NCBI GenBank assembly: GCA_964370865.1
Contig: CAYJKF010000001.1
Coordinates: forward strand, 1 to 33,702
DNA from: an uncultured Candidatus Saccharibacteria bacterium
Lineage (GTDB): Bacteria > Patescibacteriota > WWE3 > 2-01-FULL-39-13
Reading direction: 5' to 3'
DNA: 33,702 nucleotides
Shown here: positions 26,400 through 33,702 of the stretch, one piece after another
Layout of the letters: each line of letters opens with the position of its first letter
Position numbering within the stretch: the first letter of the stretch is position 1
Translations under genes and position numbers: made by a program
The notes under the pieces: model-generated
What the model was told of the DNA's origin: nothing
What the model saw: the letters and a program-made list of their open reading frames with translations, nothing else
Databases searched by the model: none

Positions 26400-27227
26400 T
26401 TACTTACTCCTTCGGTCTTTAACTATATATTTGGATGTATGCTTTCTACTTCTGGTCTTCTTACCCTTAGATTTATTTCCCCATTTATCAACTGGCTGTC
26501 GTCCCATTGCTTGGCTATATGAACCTCCAAGTGGGTGACCATCGGATCTTGCTTTTCCTCTTGTAGTAGGACGTACACCCATATGATGTCTTCGACCTGC
26601 TTTACCAAAACTAATTAGCTTCCATTCTTCTAAACCGACCTGACCTATTGTAGCATAGCATTCTGCCAAAAAATTACGTACCTCTCCGCTTGGCATTTTG
26701 ACGGTAACGTATTTTCCTTCCTTTGCAGTTAGCTGTCCTGCGGTACCAGCTGATCTAATGAACTTACCTCCGGCTTTTGGATAAAGTTCAATATTATGAA
26801 TAGCGACTCCAAGTGGGATATTCTTCATTGGCATAGCATTACCTGTTAAGGCTTCGGCTTTTTCACTTGAAATAACCTTATCCCCGATATTTAATCCCGA
26901 TGGACTTAGAATGTATCGATATTCCCCATCTGGATATGAAATCAAAGCGATTTCGCATGTTCGATTTGGATCATAATCAATAGAAACCACTGTACCTGAG
27001 ATATCATATTTATTTCTCTTAAAGTCAATTAATCTATATCTCTTTTTAGCCCCAGCAAATCTATGCTGAACACTAATTCTACCGGCAGATCTACCAACCG
27101 CACCTCTTAAGCTAATTGTTAACTTGCTTGTTACTTTTTTATTTTTTCTATTATTGGTTGAAGATTGACCGACGATGTTAGTCATATCTCTTCGTCCAGG
27201 ACTTGTTGGTTTATATTTTCTTATCAT
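26400..27227 (-). CDS. rplB: 50S ribosomal protein L2
   Basis: [26 protein letters not shown]. Confidence 0.97.
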   Translation of the reverse strand: MIRKYKPTSPGRRDMTNIVGQSSTNNRKNKKVTSKLTISLRGAVGRSAGRISVQHRFAGAKKRYRLIDFKRNKYDISGTVVSIDYDPNRTCEIALISYPDGEYRYILSPSGLNIGDKVISSEKAEALTGNAMPMKNIPLGVAIHNIELYPKAGGKFIRSAGTAGQLTAKEGKYVTVKMPSGEVRNFLAECYATIGQVGLEEWKLISFGKAGRRHHMGVRPTTRGKARSDGHPLGGSYSQAMGRQPVDKWGNKSKGKKTRSRKHTSKYIVKDRRSK

Positions 27228-27529
27228 TTTTTATTGCCTCCAGTAAAAGCTTTGATAGTATCTTTTTCTGCTAACTCAACAATTGCTTTATGTTTAGCAC
27301 TTTGTAAAAACTGTTTTCTACCTTTTACCCAGCTCTTTTTACTTTTTGGAGCCGTCTTTAACACATTAATATTTAATACTTTAACTCCATACAAACTCTC
27401 TACCGCATCTTTAATAGTACCCTTAGATACATTGCTTGCTACCTCAAAAGTATATTTATTCTCGGTTTCTACCAATCTATTGGATTTCTCTGTTAATACC
27501 ACACCTTTTATTATTCCTAAATAATTCAT
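27224..27529 (-). CDS. rplW: 50S ribosomal protein L23
   Basis: [29 protein letters not shown]. Confidence 0.95.
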   Translation of the reverse strand: MNYLGIIKGVVLTEKSNRLVETENKYTFEVASNVSKGTIKDAVESLYGVKVLNINVLKTAPKSKKSWVKGRKQFLQSAKHKAIVELAEKDTIKAFTGGNKK

Positions 27530-28137
27530 AATCTTTCTCCCAATCTTTCTACTGAATTAATATCTACTAAAACGGTATCGGCATTAATTATTTCGAAAGC
27601 GTTCACCTCTCCGATATTAACAACATTAACATTTGATAAATTCCTGAAAGATTTGTTTATTACTGAATTATTATCGTGTAATAAAACAAACCTTGAAGTT
27701 TTATTTAATTTATCAACCAATCCTTTTCCTGTTTTTGTGCTTGGAGTATCTGTCAAACCAAATTCAACTGCATACATCTGGCTATCTTTTGCTTTTTCAG
27801 CTAATACATATGTGAAAACCTGCTTCTTAAATTTCTTATTTAAATTCAAATTCATATCTTTTGGTTTTGGACCTAGAGCAACTCCACCTTTTACCCAAAC
27901 AGGTGATCTGGTTGATCCAGCTCTTGCTCGTCCAGTTCCTTTTTGTGCATGTGGTTTTCTTCCACCACCGCTTACTTCGGCTCTAGTTTTTGTACTAGAT
28001 GTACCTTGATGTTGATTAGCCAAATATACTTTGACGTATCGCAATACCATATTATCTGAAGTCTTCTCTACATCAAGCTGCTTAATATCTATTTCCTTAT
28101 TTTGTTTTGCGTTTATATCAATTACTGGGATTTTCAT
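27526..28137 (-). CDS. rplD: 50S ribosomal protein L4
   Basis: [31 protein letters not shown]. Start at ATG 28137, 1 nt after the rplC stop. Confidence 0.97.
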   Translation of the reverse strand: MKIPVIDINAKQNKEIDIKQLDVEKTSDNMVLRYVKVYLANQHQGTSSTKTRAEVSGGGRKPHAQKGTGRARAGSTRSPVWVKGGVALGPKPKDMNLNLNKKFKKQVFTYVLAEKAKDSQMYAVEFGLTDTPSTKTGKGLVDKLNKTSRFVLLHDNNSVINKSFRNLSNVNVVNIGEVNAFEIINADTVLVDINSVERLGERL

Positions 28138-28138
28138 C

Positions 28139-28612
28139 TTATATTGCGAAATAAATTTTAACTTTGGAATTTCTTGCTCCTGGAATACCACCCTTAACTT
28201 TAGCTAAATTTTTTTCAGAATCGTATGACAAGTAATATGTTTGTAAAGAAATTCGTGCATTACCCATATGTCCTGCCATTTTCTTTCCTTTCAAAACGTG
28301 TCCGTCTCCCTGAGCTCCTATAGAACCTGGCGATCTCGATTTTTTCTTTTGACCGTGTGTAGCAGGTCCTCCATGAAATCCCCATCTCTTCATTGTTCCG
28401 GCAAAACCCTTACCTTTTGAAACACCTTCAAGCTTAATACGAGTATTACTTGTAAGATCTTTCAAAAAGCTCTTTTGTTCATCGGTTAGTTCGTTTAGGG
28501 ATATAGCAGTGTATGGGATGACTTTAGCGTTATCATCGAACATTTGTGACATCTCAAGCTTGTGCCCTTCAATGATTTTATATTCAGTTTTCTTGTCGGT
28601 TTTAGATGCCAT
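28139..28612 (-). CDS. rplC: 50S ribosomal protein L3, unusually short (157 aa)
   Basis: [39 protein letters not shown]. Confidence 0.95.
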   Translation of the reverse strand: MASKTDKKTEYKIIEGHKLEMSQMFDDNAKVIPYTAISLNELTDEQKSFLKDLTSNTRIKLEGVSKGKGFAGTMKRWGFHGGPATHGQKKKSRSPGSIGAQGDGHVLKGKKMAGHMGNARISLQTYYLSYDSEKNLAKVKGGIPGARNSKVKIYFAI

Positions 28613-28650
28613 AATAAGTAGTTCAAAGTTTATTTCCTTGATAATACATC

Positions 28651-28690
28651 AAAAATGTCCGCCATAGGCGGGCACACGGATACAATTATA
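28651..28690 (-). promoter_or_regulatory. Candidate internal promoter and leader hairpin upstream of rplC
   Basis: TATAAT (28685-28690, minus), then TGCCCGCC-TAT-GGCGGACA-TTTTT. Confidence 0.45.
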
Positions 28691-28722
28691 TTATTATTTG
28701 CCCTTAAAATCCAGCCTTTTCT

Positions 28723-29052
28723 TTAGCTCTTTATCGTAACATGTACACCTGTTGGCAGTTTAAGATTTGATAATTCAGCTATTGTATTGGATGTGGGATT
28801 CAATATATCTACAATTCTCAAATGTGTCCTTCTCTCGAATTGCTCAAACGACCTTTTGTCGTTATTTGCGGCTCTTTGGTAACTAAAAATCTCAGTTTTA
28901 GTTGGCAAAGGAACGGGTCCAGATACCATTGCACCCGTTTTGATTGCAACATCAACCAGTCTACGTGCGCTTAAATCAATAGTTCCAACGTCATATGACT
29001 TGAGTTTAACTCTTAATTTATTCTTTACTTGTACGGTATCTTTTTTTGCCAT
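28723..29052 (-). CDS. rpsJ: 30S ribosomal protein S10 (NusE)
   Basis: RVKLKSYD, GPVPLPT, EQFERRTHLR, LPTGV. Confidence 0.96.
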   Translation of the reverse strand: MAKKDTVQVKNKLRVKLKSYDVGTIDLSARRLVDVAIKTGAMVSGPVPLPTKTEIFSYQRAANNDKRSFEQFERRTHLRIVDILNPTSNTIAELSNLKLPTGVHVTIKS

Positions 29053-29057
29053 ATGTT

Positions 29058-29091
29058 AAAAAAAGGGTCCGTGCCTTTTGGCACGGACCCT
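29058..29091 (-). terminator. Intrinsic terminator after tuf
   Basis: Perfect GC-rich stem GGGTCCGTGCC-AAAA-GGCACGGACCC followed by T7 on the minus strand. Confidence 0.9.
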
Positions 29092-29098
29092 AACTGTC

Positions 29099-30274
29099 TT
29101 ACTTAATAATCTTAGAAATAACTCCTGCTCCAACCGTTTTGCTACCTTCTCTTATAGCGAATTTCAATCCTTGTTCCATAGCTACAGGTGTAATTAATTC
29201 TACTGTAATCGTTACATTATCACCTGGCATAACCATTTCTGCTCCTTCTGGAAGTGTTACATCCCCAGTCACATCAGTTGTTCTGATATAGAACTGTGGT
29301 CTGTAACCTGCGAAGAAAGGAGTGTGTCTTCCACCTTCGTCTTTCTTTAAGACGTAAATTTCAGCTTCGAACTTGGTATGTGGTGTAATTGAACCAACGG
29401 CCGCGATAACTTGGCCTCTTTCGACTGCATCTCTTTCAATACCTCTCATTAAAAGTCCTACATTATCTCCTGCTTGTCCTTCGGTTAATTGTTTATTAAA
29501 CATTTCAACTCCAGTAACGACGGACTTAACAGTTGCCTTAATACCAACAATTTCGACTTCTTCATTGATATGGATTTTTCCTCTATCAATTCTACCGGTT
29601 ACAACAGTTCCTCTACCTTTGATAGAAAAAACGTCTTCAACTGGCATCAAGAATGGTTTATCCAAATCTCTTGCAGGAGTCTCAATCCAAGTATCGACAG
29701 CTTCCATTAGCTCTTCAATCTTTTTTACATACTCTGGATCACCGTCTAGTGCTTTTAGCGCTGAACCAACAATCATAGGAGTATCGACTGAGTATTCTTG
29801 TTTCTTTAATAAATCCTTTAATTCCTCTTGAACCAACTCGATTAACGAGTCGTCAGAAACCATATCTGCTTTATTTAAGAAAACGACTAATCTTGGCACT
29901 CCGACCTGTCTTGCTAACAAAATATGCTCTCTTGTTTGTGGCATAGGTCCATCGGCTGCTGATACAACCAAAATAGCACCGTCCATCTGAGCGGCACCAG
30001 TAATCATGTTCTTTATATAATCTGCGTGACCTGGAGCATCAATATGAGCATAGTGTCTATTTGCTGTTTCGTACTCTACATGAGTAACGTTAATCGTAAT
30101 TCCCCTTGCTTTCTCTTCAGGAGCCTTATCGATTGCATCGTATGCCTTGAAATTAGCTAAACCCTTATCAGCCAAAACTTTTGTGATGGCGGCTGTTAAT
30201 GTAGTCTTACCATGGTCAACGTGTCCGATTGTTCCGACGTTAACGTGTGGCTTTGTTCTGTCAAATGTTGCCAT
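29099..30274 (-). CDS. tuf: Elongation factor Tu
   Basis: [27 protein letters not shown]. Start at [10 protein letters not shown] (ATG 30274). Confidence 0.99.
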   Translation of the reverse strand: MATFDRTKPHVNVGTIGHVDHGKTTLTAAITKVLADKGLANFKAYDAIDKAPEEKARGITINVTHVEYETANRHYAHIDAPGHADYIKNMITGAAQMDGAILVVSAADGPMPQTREHILLARQVGVPRLVVFLNKADMVSDDSLIELVQEELKDLLKKQEYSVDTPMIVGSALKALDGDPEYVKKIEELMEAVDTWIETPARDLDKPFLMPVEDVFSIKGRGTVVTGRIDRGKIHINEEVEIVGIKATVKSVVTGVEMFNKQLTEGQAGDNVGLLMRGIERDAVERGQVIAAVGSITPHTKFEAEIYVLKKDEGGRHTPFFAGYRPQFYIRTTDVTGDVTLPEGAEMVMPGDNVTITVELITPVAMEQGLKFAIREGSKTVGAGVISKIIK

Positions 30275-30395
30275 ATTAAACTTTGGAGAGACAAGGGAAT
30301 TCTTACATAGCAAATTCCACTTTTCTCTAAACCTAAAATAAACACAATATTAAATATACCAAATATGGTACAAGTGAGATTCTAGCAATAAGTAG

Positions 30396-32489
30396 CTAAA
30401 CTTTCAACTTTTCTGCCAGATTGGTTGGTACAACCTCATAGTGATCGGGCTCCATTGAGAAGCTTGCTCGACCCTGTGACATACCTCTTAAATTCGTAAC
30501 ATACCCGAACATTTCGGATAAAGGCACGAAAGCCTTAACTGTAACATAATTATTCAATGCTTCAGTTCCAGAAATCATACCTCTCTTGGATGATAAATCC
30601 CCTATGACGTCACCCATAAATTCATCAGGAGTTACAACCTCCACCTTCATTATAGGCTCTAAGAGCTCTAATCCTGACTTTCTAGCACCTTCTTGCAGGG
30701 CAATACTAGCTGCGATATGAAATGCCATTTCTGAAGAGTCTACATCATGATAAGAACCGTCATATACAGAGACTTCCATATCAACCATTTGATATCCCCA
30801 TCCGACACCCTTGCCCATAGCTTCTTTAACTCCTTTTTCGATTGCTGGTATATATTCTTTTGGTATAGATCCACCCACAACCTCATTCTTAAACTCATAT
30901 CCTTCACCTCTACCTCTTGGCTTCATCTTAAGCTTAACGTGTCCATACTGACCTCTACCACCCGATTGTCTTATATACTTGTGTTCTATATCAACAGCAC
31001 TCTTAATCGTCTCTCTGTAGGCTACTTGTGGCGCGCCCACATTTACATCTACACCCAAATCTCTCTTTAACATATCAACCTTAATTTCAAGCTGAAATTC
31101 TCCAACTCCAGCAATTAAAGTCTGCCCTGATTCCGGATCGGTCGAAATTCTGAAAGTAGGATCCTCATCGGCCAATTTCTTTAAGGCTAAACCTAATTTT
31201 TCTTGGTCTGATTTTGTTTTAGGTTCTACGGCCATTGAAATAACAGGATCTGGGAATACAATTTTCTCTAATACCACATTAGTGTCATTTAAGGTTAAAG
31301 TATCTCCGGTCTTAGTCTCTTTTAATCCTACAGCAGCTGCAATTTCGCCAGCATGAACGGCTTTGACGTCTTCTCTTTGATCCGCGTGCATTAACACGAT
31401 TCTGCCAAGTCTTTCTTTAACTCCGGGTTGCGTGGTGTTATTTATATACGAACCAGCCTCAACTGTTCCTGAGTAAACTCTGAAATATACTAATCTTCCG
31501 ACATAAGGATCTGTTACAACTTTAAAGGCAAGTGCCATAAATGGGGCATCATTGTCAGGTTTGCAGATTATTGGTTCATTTGTTTTTAAATCAATTCCTG
31601 TTGCAGGAACAACTTCCATTGGTGATGGCAAGTAATCGACAACTGCATCTAAAATTTGATGAACAGCAATTCCCCTAAAATCTCCACCTAAAACTGGATA
31701 AAATTGAATTTCTGGATCTACGCTACTTTTTCTAACGGCTGATCTTAATTCCTCTGTTGTAAGTTCACCACCTGCTAAGTATTTTTCCATTAAAACATCA
31801 TCGCTTTCGATTGCCTTTTCGATTAACTCTTTTCGATATTTCAGTGCATCTTCCATCATATTCTCTGGAACTTCTCCTTCGATTAAATCTTTATCGGAAT
31901 ATTCATTATAGGTATATGACTTCATATTTACCAAGTCCACCCAACCATTAATTTCTTTTTCAAACCCAATTGGAAGAACTATTGGATAAGCATTTTCGGT
32001 CAACCTTAATTTTATTGATGCGAGTGTCTTGAAAAAATTACCGCCAGTCTGGTTTATCTTATTTATAGCGAACAATCTTGGAACATGATATTTATTGGCC
32101 TGTCTCCAAACTGTCTCAGTTTGGGCTTCAACTCCCATTTTTCCGTCTAAAACAACGACCGCACCATCAAGAACTCTTAAAGATCTTTCAACTTCTACAG
32201 TAAAATCAACGTGTCCAGGTGTGTCGATAATGTTGATTCTATAGTCTTTCCAGAACGTGGTAACAGCGGCGGAAACGATAGTGACTCCTCTTTCTCTCTC
32301 CTGAACCAGATAGTCAGTAACCGTATCTCCATCGTGTACAACTCCAATTTTATGTTTTAAACCGGTTAGAAATAAAATAGCCTCTGATGTGGTAGTCTTA
32401 CCAGCATCAATATGAGCTATAATTCCTATATTTCTAATCTTATTTATTGAAAATTTTTGTGCTTTTTCAGCTACATGTACATCTGCCAT
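30396..32489 (-). CDS. fusA: Elongation factor G with atypical G4/G5 motifs
   Basis: RNIGIIAHIDAGKTT, ERGVTI, DTPGHVDF, QSGGRGQYGHV, DGSYHDVDSSEMAF, LLEPIM; adjacent to tuf. Confidence 0.98.
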   Translation of the reverse strand: MADVHVAEKAQKFSINKIRNIGIIAHIDAGKTTTSEAILFLTGLKHKIGVVHDGDTVTDYLVQERERGVTIVSAAVTTFWKDYRINIIDTPGHVDFTVEVERSLRVLDGAVVVLDGKMGVEAQTETVWRQANKYHVPRLFAINKINQTGGNFFKTLASIKLRLTENAYPIVLPIGFEKEINGWVDLVNMKSYTYNEYSDKDLIEGEVPENMMEDALKYRKELIEKAIESDDVLMEKYLAGGELTTEELRSAVRKSSVDPEIQFYPVLGGDFRGIAVHQILDAVVDYLPSPMEVVPATGIDLKTNEPIICKPDNDAPFMALAFKVVTDPYVGRLVYFRVYSGTVEAGSYINNTTQPGVKERLGRIVLMHADQREDVKAVHAGEIAAAVGLKETKTGDTLTLNDTNVVLEKIVFPDPVISMAVEPKTKSDQEKLGLALKKLADEDPTFRISTDPESGQTLIAGVGEFQLEIKVDMLKRDLGVDVNVGAPQVAYRETIKSAVDIEHKYIRQSGGRGQYGHVKLKMKPRGRGEGYEFKNEVVGGSIPKEYIPAIEKGVKEAMGKGVGWGYQMVDMEVSVYDGSYHDVDSSEMAFHIAASIALQEGARKSGLELLEPIMKVEVVTPDEFMGDVIGDLSSKRGMISGTEALNNYVTVKAFVPLSEMFGYVTNLRGMSQGRASFSMEPDHYEVVPTNLAEKLKV

Positions 32490-32503
32490 ACGTCGGTTAT
32501 TTA

Positions 32504-32533
32504 ACCATATTTAGCTTGGTGTTGCAATGACAA
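32504..32533 (-). promoter_or_regulatory. Candidate sigma70 promoter for fusA
   Basis: TTGTCA, 18-bp spacer, TATGGT on the minus strand, ending 14 nt before the fusA ATG. Confidence 0.35.
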
Positions 32534-32578
32534 CTTAGGCATTACAGACACAAAGTCTGGTCCTTAACAAAATAAATT

Positions 32579-33562
32579 TTACTGATCTTTAGTTGCGTCA
32601 GGAAGATAATCCTTCTGATAGAAACTTCGACCTAACCATTTGTGATATTCAGTGAAATCTTCACCTGATACTATGCTTTTTTCGATATGCTTTGTTGCTT
32701 GATTAATACTGGCACTATTTGCATCAACCATGCTAAGAATTAACGATTCCACCATTTGAGGCCTGACTGGGCTTCCATATTCTAATTCACCTTGATGACT
32801 CAAGATAAGATGAAATAGTTTATCTTTAGCCACTGTATCAAAATCAGAATTTGTATTTGAAATTAAACGATCTATAAACAGAATTCCTTGTCCAATATGA
32901 GCTATTAGCCTACCCGCATTCGTTCTAATAATTGCGGCTCCAACAATATCTAATTCTTCTAATTTACCGATATCGTGAAAAAATAAACCAGTAAAGAATA
33001 AATCCCAATCCAAATTAGGATAAATAGACTTGTATGCTCTACTAAGTTGATACATTTCCCACACATGCTCTAGTAAGCCTCCAACATATGCGTGATGAAC
33101 ATATTCAGCTGCAGGAAAATTACTGTATCTATCCAAATTATTTGTATCTTCCCAAAAAGCTAGTAATAGTTTTTTATAGTCCTGATTTTCTATCTTATCA
33201 ATTTCATTCTTTAAATCTTCTTTCATTTGAGATCTATCTCTTGTGGTAACTGGTAAAAATTCCGCTGGAGCGATTTCAGTGGTGACTGACATCTTATCGA
33301 CTACTATTTGGGTCTTGCCGTTGTATTCTTGGATTGATCCAGTAACTTTAACAATTTCGCCAATTTTTGCATTTAAGTCACAATTCACTAAAGCCTCACT
33401 CCAAATTTTGCCGTGAATTTCACCGGTTTTATCGCTTAATCCAATGTTGTAATAAATTTTACCTTGCTGGCTACTTTTCTTTTCTAATTCGCTTAATGCA
33501 AAGGGTTCGTCAAATAATGTTTGTCCAGGTTTTAAATCCGCTACTATAAATTTTTTTTCCAT
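32579..33562 (-). CDS. yhaM: YhaM/Cbf1-family 3'-5' exoribonuclease (OB fold + HD domain)
   Basis: LSDKTGEIHGKIW (OB fold), HHAYVGGLLEH, HDIGK, ILSHQGELEYGSP. Start at ATG 33562 because the upstream extension overlaps radC. Confidence 0.88.
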   Translation of the reverse strand: MEKKFIVADLKPGQTLFDEPFALSELEKKSSQQGKIYYNIGLSDKTGEIHGKIWSEALVNCDLNAKIGEIVKVTGSIQEYNGKTQIVVDKMSVTTEIAPAEFLPVTTRDRSQMKEDLKNEIDKIENQDYKKLLLAFWEDTNNLDRYSNFPAAEYVHHAYVGGLLEHVWEMYQLSRAYKSIYPNLDWDLFFTGLFFHDIGKLEELDIVGAAIIRTNAGRLIAHIGQGILFIDRLISNTNSDFDTVAKDKLFHLILSHQGELEYGSPVRPQMVESLILSMVDANSASINQATKHIEKSIVSGEDFTEYHKWLGRSFYQKDYLPDATKDQ

Positions 33563-33572
33563 CCAAAATATA

Positions 33573-33702
33573 TTAACATACAGGACGCGTGTATGACGTG
33601 TTTCGTATGGAATGATAGCCATTTTCGGAAATAATCACATGGTCTAGTAGTGGAATTCCGACAAGCCTTGAAATTTCAGTTAAGCGTTCTGTGATTTTTA
33701 AA
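33573..33702 (-). CDS. radC: RadC/JAB-domain protein, C-terminal fragment (not in ORF track)
   Basis: Manual translation ...LKITERLTEISRLVGIPLLDHVIISENGYHSIRNTSYTRPVC*, matching the RadC T..L......GI.LLDHVII pattern. Confidence 0.8.
   Translation of the reverse strand, partial: LKITERLTEISRLVGIPLLDHVIISENGYHSIRNTSYTRPVC

Noticed and set aside
17243-27529. Alternative genetic code (UGA=Gly, code 25)
   Set aside because: infA, adk, ybaB, rplW and rplD end in TGA at expected lengths, several in ATGA overlaps, and no conserved gene has an internal TGA.
14154-31070. Many plus-strand ORFs antisense to ribosomal, tuf and fusA genes (e.g. 25253..25765, 29373..29831)
   Set aside because: Shadow ORFs of conserved minus-strand genes with no independent coding signal.

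Overview
AT-rich bacterial chromosome segment, most consistent with a Patescibacteria (CPR) genome. This is an inference from the missing rpmD, highly divergent ribosomal proteins and few Shine-Dalgarno (SD) sites; TGA is used as stop, so code 11. The right ~20 kb (13363-33702, minus strand) is a translation supercluster: radC'-yhaM-fusA-tuf-rpsJ, then the S10, spc and alpha operons, ending rplQ-rplM-rpsI, with ybaB/ebfC between secY and adk. The left ~13 kb is accessory: MFS transporter, tRNA-Ser(GGA), tRNA-Pro(GGG), GT4 glycosyltransferase, stand-alone 5'-3' exonuclease, PduO-type adenosyltransferase, SpoU methylase, sugar dehydrogenase, C39-like peptidase and membrane-anchored hypotheticals. 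Main observations: (1) EF-G with a rewired nucleotide pocket (G4 NKxD->NKIN; G5 GSA->GDF) and a domain III helix resembling fusidic-acid-resistant alleles; (2) an uncalled transcription unit encoding a 36-aa CxxC-x9-CxxC microprotein followed by structured RNA; (3) uL3 lacking ~58 internal residues, plus altered uL2/uS3/uS5/uL22/uS10 loops; (4) a widespread leaderless-mRNA signature; (5) a membrane-protein gene split at an in-phase U_UUU_UUA slippery site; (6) a strong terminator 5 nt before rpsJ. Reference-protein comparisons are from memory and need confirmation by alignment.
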